Source of the DNA: Treponema sp.
GTDB lineage: Bacteria; Spirochaetota; Spirochaetia; Treponematales; Treponemataceae
Assembly (NCBI GenBank): GCA_017935745.1
Contig: JAGBGX010000016.1
Location: 831-64,830, forward strand
Direction of reading: 5' to 3'
DNA: 64,000 nucleotides
The notes under the pieces were generated by a model. It saw only the letters and a list, made by a program, of their open reading frames with translations. It was not told the DNA's origin and searched no databases. Positions 8,471 to 18,190 of the stretch are shown in pieces. Every line of letters begins with the position of its first letter. Position 1 is the stretch's first letter. Made by a program: the position numbers and the translations under genes.

Positions 8471-10916
8471 GGCGGCCTGCGGAAAAAGGCCTGATGCGCA
8501 GAAGATTCCGCGACGGCACCGCTCTGACTTCATAGTCAGCATCCTGCTCAAGAACAGAATGCCATATAGAAATCATTTCCTTTGAGCGCAGCTCTTCTTC
8601 CTCTGCATTTTCCGGCGCGGGCTGCTTTTCCTTTTCACCTGAACTGAAAGCCGGGAGGCGCTTCTGCAAGTCGCACTCGTTTTTGTGCCACGGTGAAATT
8701 TCATTGTCCTGCGGATCCGGGCTGATATCCTCGTAATATCCGCCTGAATTGTTCCAGTACATATAGCCGCGGTCAAGTCCGTCCCGCACACCGAACACTT
8801 CGCGCAGAACATACTTCTTGTCGTAATACGCTCTGTCGTAACGGACTCCCATATAAAACGCCTGAATCCACGGACGCACGACAATCCTGTTTCTGGCGAT
8901 GACCGTATTCCTGTACGAGCCGTAAAAATAAATTCGGTACGGCCTCTCTTCGCGCGGAGCATAGTCAAGAAAACTCTGCTCAAAATGAGACGGATAGAAC
9001 ATCGGGCAGATGACATCAACATATTCACTCATCAGCTCAACGTCCTGCCCGGTCCGTGTTCCGCTGCGGTACCATCCGTTTGCACCGTAAATATCAATGC
9101 CGATCGGCGCATTTATATTTTTTCTGGCATAAGACAGAAATGAAACAAGAGCGCTTTCCTTGTCCATGCCTTTGTCCTTCCAGCGGTAGGAAGCTGAGCC
9201 GAGGTTTGTACCGTCAGTAGGAAACCGTATATAGTCAAACTGAATTTCATCAAAGCCGCGCTCAATCAGCTCCTTTGCAATTTCAACATTGTATTCCCAT
9301 ACTTCCTCGCTGTACGGATCAACCCAGTTTTCATCATAATACACAGTCCTGGTGCCTGTGACAGATCCCGCCTCGTTCTTGACTTCCTCTGTTCCGCGGA
9401 TTCCGACCCACGGCGCATTTGTCCGCGAATTCCAGACCGCATATTTTCCGCCGCTGTATGAAGCAAGGTTTCTGTCCTTAAAGACGACAATGCGGGCAAT
9501 CAGGTACGTTCCGTCTTTTTTAAATTCGCTGACAACCTGCTCCACATCTATTTTATACTGGGTGACTTTTCCCTTTTGCCTGAGCATGGAATTTTCAGGC
9601 TCAAAGCGCAAAAGGCCGTAGTCGTCCTTCATATCGATGACAACCGCATTAAGCTTGTTGTCCGAAATAATATTCCGGTACTTGCTGATTCCGCTGCTGT
9701 TTCTAAGCTGATATACAGACGCATAGACAGCCTTCCGCTTGTCCGCCTTTTCGCCCCACGGAGTCAGAATCACATCGGGATTCAAGAGGAACAGCTCCTT
9801 CAGCTCAAGGGCTGAGTCAAAGCCGGAAAACCGTCCAGGAACATACGCAGCATTTACGATTGAGCGCGCCGCATTCAGATGACTCTTCCACGAGTCAAAT
9901 CCCTTCAGCCTCTGCACAGTTCCGTCCGCAAGAGAATATGAAGCAAGCGAGCCGACTGTTGAAAACACAATGTCAGAGCCTGCCTGGCAAAGCCCGTCAA
10001 TCGTGCCGCACGGATCCGCGCCCTGATATATTTTTTCGCCGCGCTTTGTCTTCCAGTTGAACCGGTAGATGTTCGGAAGAAATGACTGGGAAAGATACAT
10101 TTCAGCATACACAGTTCCATCGGAACGCCTGCACAGAACAGGAAGAATGTCTGCAATCTCATCAATCTGCGTAAGGCTTTCCATCGCCGAAAAACCTGCG
10201 CTCACATATATCCAGGCAGGACGGCTTGCATCAGCCCGGCAATAGCTGAAGCCGCGGATTGGATGCGACATAAAGACAACAGTTTCGCTCCCGGCAATTC
10301 CGCCGTCTTTTCCGTAGACTGGCATCTTGGAAACTGCAACAGCCTTCATTCCCGGAGTGCCGTCTCCCGCAGAGCCGAGCGAAGCCCATGATACGCCGCC
10401 GTTCCGTGTTATAAACACTTCATCCTTTGTGGCAGTGACAAGAACATCAGGATCAAACGGATCTGCGCAGATATCCTTGAGGAGAGATGTTTTTTCAATA
10501 AGCGATTTTTTCTGCCCGTCATACTGCTTTACAATAAGCGACGGAAGCCCGGTGTTGCGGTACGTGAATGTCTTTAAATCCGAAGATGAAACGATTCCCT
10601 TTTCAGTGAGGAAAAACCACTGTGCGGAAGTTTTTAAAATGCGCTCTACTTTTCCTTCCGTCCACACAGGATCTGCCATTCCGCTCGGCATAATCCTGAA
10701 AAGTCCCGCGTCCGTTCCAATTAAAAACGGCTCATCCGTTTCCGCTGATTTTTTTTCAGCCTGAATATCAGGAAGCTGATACAGGGGCTTTGTCTGGGCA
10801 TATAAAAAATGCAGGGAGCACAGCGCCAGCGCCAGTCCGCACCTGAAAAATCCTGCGCCTCTTACACCGAACCTCAAGCGGCTTGAAATGCACAATTTTA
10901 AAAAGATAGTTCGCAT
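8463..10916 (-). CDS. Secreted putative glycoside hydrolase (DUF4015-like TIM barrel with N-terminal propeller-like region)
   Basis: NAVVIDMKDDYG, IARIVVFKD, WVDPY, GFDEIQFDYIRFP, IGIDIYG, DVICPMFYPSH, RPWIQAF. Confidence 0.8.
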   Translation of the reverse strand: MRTIFLKLCISSRLRFGVRGAGFFRCGLALALCSLHFLYAQTKPLYQLPDIQAEKKSAETDEPFLIGTDAGLFRIMPSGMADPVWTEGKVERILKTSAQWFFLTEKGIVSSSDLKTFTYRNTGLPSLIVKQYDGQKKSLIEKTSLLKDICADPFDPDVLVTATKDEVFITRNGGVSWASLGSAGDGTPGMKAVAVSKMPVYGKDGGIAGSETVVFMSHPIRGFSYCRADASRPAWIYVSAGFSAMESLTQIDEIADILPVLCRRSDGTVYAEMYLSQSFLPNIYRFNWKTKRGEKIYQGADPCGTIDGLCQAGSDIVFSTVGSLASYSLADGTVQRLKGFDSWKSHLNAARSIVNAAYVPGRFSGFDSALELKELFLLNPDVILTPWGEKADKRKAVYASVYQLRNSSGISKYRNIISDNKLNAVVIDMKDDYGLLRFEPENSMLRQKGKVTQYKIDVEQVVSEFKKDGTYLIARIVVFKDRNLASYSGGKYAVWNSRTNAPWVGIRGTEEVKNEAGSVTGTRTVYYDENWVDPYSEEVWEYNVEIAKELIERGFDEIQFDYIRFPTDGTNLGSASYRWKDKGMDKESALVSFLSYARKNINAPIGIDIYGANGWYRSGTRTGQDVELMSEYVDVICPMFYPSHFEQSFLDYAPREERPYRIYFYGSYRNTVIARNRIVVRPWIQAFYMGVRYDRAYYDKKYVLREVFGVRDGLDRGYMYWNNSGGYYEDISPDPQDNEISPWHKNECDLQKRLPAFSSGEKEKQPAPENAEEEELRSKEMISIWHSVLEQDADYEVRAVPSRNLLRIRPFSAGRHE

Positions 10917-11023
10917 GAACTTTTTATCGGCATTTTAAAACAGAATTTTACTTTTTATTCGTGCGGAGGATTTTATACCTTCGGGGCTGCAGGCAGTACC
11001 CCGATGCTTGCACCGGGCACCGT

Positions 11024-12088
11024 TCATTGCAAAACAAGATCGCCTTCCTTTATCCAGCCGAGCTTCCTCAGTCCCGTGCAGAATATCCACGACAAAATTC
11101 CCGGAAGAACGAAGCAGACAAGGACAAGTCCAGTCCAGTCAGACAGCGAAGGAGAAACGGCAAGCGCGCCATGGGAAACAGCAACGCTGCTCGGCTCAAA
11201 CCATCCTGTGATAACACCAATCTGGCCGACAAGCCCGCACGTTCCCATTCCGCTTGAAACAGCAGCGCCGTTCATCTGCATTTTAAATATGCATGTTGAA
11301 ACCGGGCCTGTAATTGCAGAGACTGCAACAGGCGGAATCCATATCCGCGGATTCTTTATTATGTTCGGCATCTGAAGCATCGAAGTTCCAAGTCCCTGGG
11401 ACAAAAGGCCGCTCCATCTGTTTTCCCTGAAGCTCATGACGGCAAACCCGACCATCTGGGCGCAGCAGCCTGCAACCGCGGCTCCTCCTGCAAGGCCGGT
11501 AAGACCGAGCGCAGCGCAGATTGCGGCAGAACTGACTGGAAGCGTCAAAAGAATTCCGACAATGACTGAAATCAGAATTCCCATAAGGAACGGACGCAGC
11601 GTTGTAGCCCACACAATCAGGCTGCCGAATGCAGAGGCCGCCGCCCCGATATGCCTTGCAAGAAGCACTGTAAACAGAACGCCTGCAAGAATAGTAACAA
11701 GCGGAGTTACAATAATATCGACTTTTGTCTTCTTGCTGACAAGCGAACCGCACTCGCAGGAAAGAATCGAAATAACAAGAACCGCAAGCGGTCCTCCCGC
11801 CCCGCCCGTACTGTTTGCAGCCGCGCCAACCGCAGCAAGAGTGAACAGCACAAGCGAAGAAGCTCCCATCACATAGCCGATTCCGACAGCCATTGCCGCT
11901 CCCACTACATGAACTTCCGAAGCAAAATTGCCCGCCTCCACAAGAAACGAAAAGACAGGATTTTCACCAAGCCGAAGAAGCTGCTGTCCGAGAGTCTTTA
12001 TAATGGTTCCAATCAAGAGCGATGAAAACAACCCCTGAGCCATTCCGCTCATTGCATCAATGCAATACCGCTTTACATACTTATTCAT
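11024..12088 (-). CDS. PTS EIIC-like membrane protein (PfoR/PTS_EIIC_2 family)
   Basis: DAMSGMAQGLFSSLLIGTII, LPVSSAAI, GTSMLQMPNI, SSGMGTCGLVG. Confidence 0.88.
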   Translation of the reverse strand: MNKYVKRYCIDAMSGMAQGLFSSLLIGTIIKTLGQQLLRLGENPVFSFLVEAGNFASEVHVVGAAMAVGIGYVMGASSLVLFTLAAVGAAANSTGGAGGPLAVLVISILSCECGSLVSKKTKVDIIVTPLVTILAGVLFTVLLARHIGAAASAFGSLIVWATTLRPFLMGILISVIVGILLTLPVSSAAICAALGLTGLAGGAAVAGCCAQMVGFAVMSFRENRWSGLLSQGLGTSMLQMPNIIKNPRIWIPPVAVSAITGPVSTCIFKMQMNGAAVSSGMGTCGLVGQIGVITGWFEPSSVAVSHGALAVSPSLSDWTGLVLVCFVLPGILSWIFCTGLRKLGWIKEGDLVLQ

Positions 12089-12247
12089 GATTCCTCCACA
12101 AAAAAATTTGCAATGCAAAATTTCAGAGACAGTCTTTTTGTATTGATGAAGTGATAGGAGCGCTCGTAGGCCCGTTAGACAAGAGTTTTGCCGACAGTCA
12201 TCGAAAACAGAATTTTCAGTGAAATAATTATATCACAAATAAAAAAT

Positions 12248-12305
12248 AAAATCAACATACCTCGACACAAACGTCGGGGTATGAACCCCTCCGCACGAAT
12301 CAACA
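12248..12305 (+). repeat. REP-like element, copy 1
   Basis: CATACCTCGAC-ACAAAC-GTCGGGGTATG hairpin plus tail AACCCCTCCGCACGAATCAACA; related copies at ~15190-15310, ~23558 and ~56708. Confidence 0.8.
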
Positions 12306-12384
12306 TGATTTGCGCAAAACATCCGGCATGAAATCCGGCGCCTTCTGTATACGCGTTTCTTATTTTATGCTATTCTTTTTTTGT

Positions 12385-13311
12385 ATGATTCATTTCATTG
12401 TAAATCCTGTCTCCAAGTCAGGAAAAGGCCTGAAGCTCTGGAAGAACAGGATCGAGCCGGTGCTGCGGGCAAAAGATATCGGTTACAGCCTTGATTTTTC
12501 AAAGGAACACGGAGACGTTACAAGCATCTGCTCGCGCCTCAGCAGAAACGCCTCTAAGGAAAAAAACTGCACAGTTGTGATTCTGGGCGGAGACGGAACT
12601 TTGAATGATGCTGTTCAGGGAATTGAAGATTTTGAAAACACAGTGCTTGCCTATATTCCCGCCGGCTCCAGCAATGACTTTGCGCGCGACATGCATCTTT
12701 CAAAATCCGTAAAAAAATCCCTTGAGCGCATTCTGTCAGGACAGGAACCGAAGCTTCTGGACATCGGAGAAGTCACAACTGAAAAAACGAAGCGCCGGTT
12801 TGCAGTAAGCTGCGGAATCGGATTTGATGCCGCTGTCTGCCAGCGCGCCTCCCATTCATACGTAAAAAAAACGCTCAACAAATTCGGACTTGGAAAGCTC
12901 ACATACCTTGCAATCGCCCTGCGCCAGCTGCTCAGCGCGCCAGAGTCTGACTGCCAGATTGAATTCAGCAGCGGAGAAAAACTGCTCCTGAAAAAATTTC
13001 TGTTTGCAGCATCCATGGTTCACTCCTACGAAGGAGGAGGCTTCAAGTTCTGCCCGAAGGCCAGCTGCACTGACGGCAAGATGAACCTGTGCGCAGTAAA
13101 CGGAAAGTCAGTCCCGGGAATTCTGCTTGCGCTGCCCACAGCGTTTTTCGGTCTTCACGGACTGTTCAAGGGCATTCACCTTCTTGAATTTGACAGCGCA
13201 ACAATCACATCAGACGTGCCGCTGTGGCTTCACACTGACGGCGAAGTCTGGCAGAAGTCTTCGCAGATAACAGTCCGCACTTTTGAAAAAAAACTGAAGA
13301 TAATTGTTTAA
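12385..13311 (+). CDS. Diacylglycerol/lipid kinase family (YegS/BmrU-like)
   Basis: FIVNPVSKSG, VILGGDGTLND, IPAGSSNDFA, GIGFDA, YEGGG, HTDGE. Confidence 0.92.
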   Translation: MIHFIVNPVSKSGKGLKLWKNRIEPVLRAKDIGYSLDFSKEHGDVTSICSRLSRNASKEKNCTVVILGGDGTLNDAVQGIEDFENTVLAYIPAGSSNDFARDMHLSKSVKKSLERILSGQEPKLLDIGEVTTEKTKRRFAVSCGIGFDAAVCQRASHSYVKKTLNKFGLGKLTYLAIALRQLLSAPESDCQIEFSSGEKLLLKKFLFAASMVHSYEGGGFKFCPKASCTDGKMNLCAVNGKSVPGILLALPTAFFGLHGLFKGIHLLEFDSATITSDVPLWLHTDGEVWQKSSQITVRTFEKKLKIIV

Positions 13312-13347
13312 AGCAAACTGCCAAACCATTGCGGCTTATTCTAACTT

Positions 13348-14064
13348 ATGTCAAGGAAGGCATTCATGAATGGAAAAAAAATGCAGTATCACCGCGAGCT
13401 TGAAAAAACGCTGGCCTCCCTTGCGACAGACGCACCGGCCGCAAACCGTCCTTCACTTCTGCTCCATGCCTGCTGCGCGCCCTGCTCATCGCACGTAATT
13501 GAATTTCTTGCATCCCGCTTCAATATAACGCTCCTGTATTACAATCCGAACATTTATCCCGAGGCTGAATACAGCAGGCGTCTTTCTGAGCTGCGGCAGT
13601 TTCTGCCCCGGTTTCCGCCGGCATCACAGAATTCAGTCAGCCTTGCTGAAGAAACATATCACAGTGAGGAATTCTTCAGCGGAATACGCATCAAGGAAAA
13701 CCCGGAGCTTGCCGCTGAAAAAGAAAAGGGAGAACGGTGCGCAAGATGCTATCGGCTCCGGCTTGAGCATGCGTGCCGCTTTGCAACAGAACACGGCTTC
13801 ACTTTTTTCTGCACAACGCTTTCCATAAGTCCCTTTAAAGATGCGCAGAAAATAAATGAAATCGGAGCCGAGCTTGCCGCATCATCCGGCGGAAAAACAC
13901 AATGGCTGTATTCAGACTTTAAAAAGAAAGGCGGATTCCTGCGGAGCCTTGAGCTGAGCGCGCAGTTCGGCCTGTACCGGCAGCAGTACTGCGGCTGCAT
14001 TTTTTCCATGAACCGCTCTAGCATGAGTCACGGACAACAAGCGACGACGGAAGAACAACCGTAA
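13348..14064 (+). CDS. queH: Epoxyqueuosine reductase QueH
   Basis: LLLHACCAPCS, YNPNIYP..EY..R, RC.RCY..RL, YRQQYCGCIFS. Confidence 0.93.
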   Translation: MSRKAFMNGKKMQYHRELEKTLASLATDAPAANRPSLLLHACCAPCSSHVIEFLASRFNITLLYYNPNIYPEAEYSRRLSELRQFLPRFPPASQNSVSLAEETYHSEEFFSGIRIKENPELAAEKEKGERCARCYRLRLEHACRFATEHGFTFFCTTLSISPFKDAQKINEIGAELAASSGGKTQWLYSDFKKKGGFLRSLELSAQFGLYRQQYCGCIFSMNRSSMSHGQQATTEEQP

Positions 14065-15046
14065 TCGCGTCCGCGCCTTTTCCTGCCGAGCCGCTTACAA
14101 TCATTGAAACGGCCCGCTCTCCCATGGCTTTTTTCTGGACGTTCATCGTTGTCAAGGGCGGGCATGTATAGGCGGAGCTTTCAATATTATCTATGCTGAT
14201 CAGAGCAACGTCCGACGGAACAGCAACTGCCCTTTTTCCAAGAGCGCTAAGCACGCCGATTGCAACTTCGTCAGAGCCGCAGATAAGCGCGCGCGGAAGC
14301 TTTCCTGCCTCCGCAATCGAGTCAGCCGCCCGAAAGCTTTCCCTCATGTCGAACGTTTCAGCCAGAAAAAAATCAGGCTCCTTCAGTTCAATTCCGTTTC
14401 TGGAAAATGCCTGACGGACTCCGTCCATGCGCCCGTCCTTCTGTCCGATATAGCCGATGTCACGGTATCCTTTTTCTATCAGAAATTCCGCCGCACGCTG
14501 CGCAGTTTCACGCCGGTCAAACATAACGCTGCTCAGTCCTTCATACTGAAATTCCACGCAGACTATCCGTGAAAGCCGCTCCTTTATCTTTTCCATTATC
14601 TTCAGGTCTTCTTCTGTCTTCAGGCACTGATCCACAGCCACCAGAATCAGCGCGCCGATTTCCTCTTCGTGAATCAGGGCATTGCAGAGAACGGGATTTT
14701 TCAGCTCATAAAAAAAGCGTATAAAGCTCACCTGGCAGTTCTGCCTGTGGGCTTCAGTGTGAATGCCGGAAATAATTTCAGCATAGTACGGACGCAAAAA
14801 CACATCCGCTGAGCAAAGCACAACTCCGATTTTATTAGACGCGAACGCAACGTCTCCCTGCTGCAAAACCTGCGCCGCCTTGTTCGGCCGGTATCCGAGC
14901 CGCTCTATCGCATCAAGAATTCTTTTGCGGGTTTCCAGCGCAACGGATCTGTCGGAATTTCCGCTTATGACATAGCTTACCATGCTGCGTGTAACGCCGG
15001 CTTCCCGTGCAACATCATTCTGTGTAACTGATGATTTCATCTGCAT
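14018..15046 (-). CDS. LacI-family transcriptional regulator
   Basis: VTQNDVAREAGVTRSMVSYVIS, LGYRPN, GSDEVAIG, VPSDVALISIDN, LTTM. Confidence 0.93.
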   Translation of the reverse strand: MQMKSSVTQNDVAREAGVTRSMVSYVISGNSDRSVALETRKRILDAIERLGYRPNKAAQVLQQGDVAFASNKIGVVLCSADVFLRPYYAEIISGIHTEAHRQNCQVSFIRFFYELKNPVLCNALIHEEEIGALILVAVDQCLKTEEDLKIMEKIKERLSRIVCVEFQYEGLSSVMFDRRETAQRAAEFLIEKGYRDIGYIGQKDGRMDGVRQAFSRNGIELKEPDFFLAETFDMRESFRAADSIAEAGKLPRALICGSDEVAIGVLSALGKRAVAVPSDVALISIDNIESSAYTCPPLTTMNVQKKAMGERAVSMIVSGSAGKGADAITVVLPSSLVVRDSC

Positions 15047-15190
15047 TCCCTTTCCATAAAAATGAATATCAGCTTATGATTTTCAGATTATAAACAGCTT
15101 CAGGCTTGATGTAAAGACAGCCCTTGCATTTCAGCAGGCAAACTGCCTCAGCCGAAGTGCAAGGGCTTCCTTATGGAAAAATCAGGAGGC

Positions 15191-15332
15191 AATCAGCAGC
15201 CTCGACGCAAGCGTTGAGGCTGCTGTTCTCATAAGGTATCGCAGCCGGGTTTCATACCTTTCATTGCAATGCAAGCATCGAGGTATGAAACCCTCCGCAC
15301 GAATCAACACAAAAAGCAACTCGTGTTGATTA
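15191..15332 (+). repeat. Cluster of REP-like hairpins (copies 2a and 2b)
   Basis: GCAGCCTCGACGC-AA-GCGTTGAGGCTGC (15196-15223) and TTCATACCT...AGGTATGAAACCCTCCGCACGAATCAACA (15251-15309). Confidence 0.75.
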
Positions 15333-15438
15333 TAAATCAGTATATATGTCTTTTTTCCAGATGTCAAGTTTTTTCTGGCTTTTCTGCAAAAACAGCTTTC
15401 CAAAGGAGCAGCACCCCCTCAGAAAGCCTTTTTCACAG

Positions 15439-16653
15439 CTAGTCGATTTTTGTCATGTCCGCAACATCCTTGCTGTAGTCAACGCCTTCAATATCAAATC
15501 CATTGATAGCAAGAAAGTCATGGCGGATTCCGGCAAGATCAACAAGCTCGTTTACAGTATCCTCTGTCACTGCCGGCATAATTTTGTCCACTTCGGCCTG
15601 AACTTTCGGATCCATTTCCCAGTCATCCATTCTGATTCTGTTTTCCGAATCAACAGGAACAGTTCCGTCAGCCGTGTACAGACGCTCAGCAAAAAGACGC
15701 TCCATCTGCTCAATGCAGCCTTCATGCGTTCCCTGCTTTTTCATCACATTGAACAGGATGCCGAGATACTGTGTGATAATCGGAATGACAGAAGAAGAGC
15801 GGGTGATAAGGCCTTTGTTCACGCTTACATATGCAGCCCCGCCCGTTTTCTTCAGGAGAGAATCGATTGCATGGGCTTTCTTTTCCAGATCTTTTTTTGC
15901 CTCGCCGATTGTTCCGTCGCGGTAAATCGGATGGGACAGTGACGGACCGATATACGAATACGCAAGTGTGCGGCAGCCGTCCGCAAGAACTCCAGCCTGA
16001 GAAAGCTGCGTAATCCACCGCTCCCAGTCTTCGCCGCCCATAACTTTCACCGTCTGGGCAACTTCGTCCGCAGAAGCAGGCTCCGCAGAAGCCTGAACGA
16101 TTTTTCCGCTCATCATGTCAAGCGAGGCGCCTGAATACACCTGCCCTATCGGCTTGATGACAGAACGGTACATCACCTTTGTGTCAGGATCAGTGCGCAC
16201 AGGGCTTGCCAATGAATAAATCACAAGGTCAGCCTTTGCGCCCCATTCCTTTAAAAGCCCGATGACAGACGCGCGGCATTCATCACTGTACGCGTCAGCA
16301 TTGAATGTCTTTGTTTTCAGCCCGGCTTTTTCTGCGGCACGGTCAAACGCACGGTTGTTATACCAGCCCGGGGTTCCGCCTTTTACCGCTGTAGGCTCCT
16401 TTTCAAAGGAAACACCGACCGTATCGGCTCCGTACTCAAAGGCTGCGCTGATTCTGCTTGCAAGCCCGTAGCCTGTGGAGCAGCCGAGAACTAAAACAGT
16501 CTTGGGAGCATTTCCGCCTTCTGCACGCGTCTTTGTTCCGCGTTTGGCCTTTTGAGCAACAACATAGTCAATCTGATGTTCTGTTTCCCGCGCGCATCCT
16601 GCCGGATGAGCATTGATGCACATATTGCTGCGGATCATCGGTTTTATAATCAT
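15439..16653 (-). CDS. fabV: trans-2-enoyl-CoA / enoyl-ACP reductase FabV (Ter)
   Basis: MIIKPMIRSNMCINAHPAGC, VLVLGCSTGYGLASRI, GWYNN, YSLASP, MGGEDWE, GTIGEAKKDL, FLAINGF. Confidence 0.96.
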   Translation of the reverse strand: MIIKPMIRSNMCINAHPAGCARETEHQIDYVVAQKAKRGTKTRAEGGNAPKTVLVLGCSTGYGLASRISAAFEYGADTVGVSFEKEPTAVKGGTPGWYNNRAFDRAAEKAGLKTKTFNADAYSDECRASVIGLLKEWGAKADLVIYSLASPVRTDPDTKVMYRSVIKPIGQVYSGASLDMMSGKIVQASAEPASADEVAQTVKVMGGEDWERWITQLSQAGVLADGCRTLAYSYIGPSLSHPIYRDGTIGEAKKDLEKKAHAIDSLLKKTGGAAYVSVNKGLITRSSSVIPIITQYLGILFNVMKKQGTHEGCIEQMERLFAERLYTADGTVPVDSENRIRMDDWEMDPKVQAEVDKIMPAVTEDTVNELVDLAGIRHDFLAINGFDIEGVDYSKDVADMTKID

Positions 16654-16821
16654 TTACATATCTCCTGCATTAGTGAATAAAGGATTGTCTTTAAAGTCTA
16701 ACTGCTTTGATATTCTGCGTCAATATGTCAAATCTAAAATACAGAAAAAAAAGCGTATAAAAGGCAAAAAGCGTCACAGGCACTGTTCACTTTGCGCGCC
16801 GGATTTCCGAAAATATATACT

Positions 16822-17358
16822 ATGAAGAAAAAAGCAAATCTGTATGTCCCTTTTTTTTGCATCGCGTTCCTGTGCGTACTTCTGCAAAGCGCTTTTTCTG
16901 CGGTAAAAGTTTCCGAGCGGCGGCAAAAGCTCATTACACTTGCGCTTCAGTTTCAGGGGACAAAATATGTTTACGGCGGAAAAGAGCCCGCGCAGGGATT
17001 TGATTGCTCAGGGTATGTCACATACGTTGTGCGCACGGCAGCCGGAATTCAGCTTCCTAGATCCGCGAACGCAATATACCATTCGGACAAAGTAAAAAAA
17101 ATCCAGCCGAGCGAGCGCGAGCCGGGAGACCTGATGTTCTTTAAAAACGATATGAGCGCTGAAAGGATTACACACGTGGGCATTTACTGCGGCGTTTATC
17201 ACGGGCCGGTAAAAAAATTTGAAGGAAGGCGCGTCTTTATTTCAGCTGTCAGCGACGGCCCGAAAACCGGCGTTCAGCTTACGCTGATTGACGAGCGGTT
17301 CTGGAAAAACCATTTTTTTGCCTACGGACGTATTCTGCCCCGTACAACAGAGAAATAG
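16822..17358 (+). CDS. NlpC/P60 (C40) cell-wall peptidase
   Basis: YVYGG...GFDCSGYV...LPRSA...PGDLMFF...ITHVGIY. Confidence 0.9.
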   Translation: MKKKANLYVPFFCIAFLCVLLQSAFSAVKVSERRQKLITLALQFQGTKYVYGGKEPAQGFDCSGYVTYVVRTAAGIQLPRSANAIYHSDKVKKIQPSEREPGDLMFFKNDMSAERITHVGIYCGVYHGPVKKFEGRRVFISAVSDGPKTGVQLTLIDERFWKNHFFAYGRILPRTTEK

Positions 17359-17415
17359 AGCGGCTCCGCACAACAGAAAAGTAAAGCGGCCCCGTACAAC
17401 AGAAAAATAAACGCC
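17338..17415 (+). repeat. Three tandem 26-bp units across the NlpC/P60 stop codon
   Basis: CCCCGTACAACAGAGAAATAGAGCGG / CTCCGCACAACAGAAAAGTAAAGCGG / CCCCGTACAACAGAAAAATAAACGCC. Confidence 0.85.
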
Positions 17416-17531
17416 CATTTCTGTAACGGACAGCCGCCATTTTTGGTTTTATCTATGTCGCAGATAATTCACAAGGAGACATGATAAAAATTCTGACTAA
17501 AATCGCGTCAGAGTTTTTACGGGAGCTTTTC

Positions 17532-18188
17532 ATGGCACAGAAAAAGTATTTTTTTGCAACGTCATATATAGTGCTGCTGCTGGCATTTGCCGGCTGCTCG
17601 TCCGCACTAAAAATCAGCGCGCGCGCGGACGCAAGCCAAAGCTATGCTCTTTCCGTAGACATAGGAAAAACACTTTCCCAGACAATACAGTCCGCAGCGG
17701 AAGGACTGAGCGCAATGAGCGGCGCGGCACAGACTTCAGGAAGCACAGTTCTGTTTGAAACTGAAAAAATAAGGCATGCGCTGGAACAGTCCGGGTTTAA
17801 AAATGCTCAGGTTTCAAGCCCTGAATTTTCGCAGCTTTCTATCAGTGCAAGCGGAACAATAGAAGGGCTTGTCAAGCAGGGAAAGAATTACCTTGCTGTA
17901 AACCTCAGCCCGCAGACAGTTGGCGCGCTTCTGTCTTACGTTCCTGAGGAAACAAGAAGCTATATTGACCTTTTTATGGCTCCTGTCTTCACCGGTGAGC
18001 AAATGACAGCGGAAGAATATGCTGAGCTGGTTTCCGTCATCTATGGAGAAAGCCTTGCAGAGGAACTGAAAAAATCTGCCGTCCAGCTGACGCTCGCATC
18101 TCCTGCGGGAAAGACAAAATCATTTTCAATTCCGCTCGCAGACTTTCTTACGCTCAGCCAGAAGCAGACATACACCGTGAGCTGGTAA
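17532..18188 (+). CDS. Hypothetical lipoprotein
   Basis: Lipobox LLLAFAG-C. Confidence 0.75.
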   Translation: MAQKKYFFATSYIVLLLAFAGCSSALKISARADASQSYALSVDIGKTLSQTIQSAAEGLSAMSGAAQTSGSTVLFETEKIRHALEQSGFKNAQVSSPEFSQLSISASGTIEGLVKQGKNYLAVNLSPQTVGALLSYVPEETRSYIDLFMAPVFTGEQMTAEEYAELVSVIYGESLAEELKKSAVQLTLASPAGKTKSFSIPLADFLTLSQKQTYTVSW

Positions 18189-18190
18189 GC

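Noticed and set aside
12125-12235. Possible riboswitch or leader upstream of the PTS EIIC-like gene
   Set aside because: A small hairpin and alternative GAUGA/UCAUC pairing are visible, but there is no convincing match to fluoride, ZTP, c-di-GMP, glycine or hammerhead consensus. An Rfam search would settle it.
14018-14064. 47-bp convergent overlap of queH and the LacI gene
   Set aside because: Short 3' overlaps are common in this compact genome, and the queH tail is low-information.
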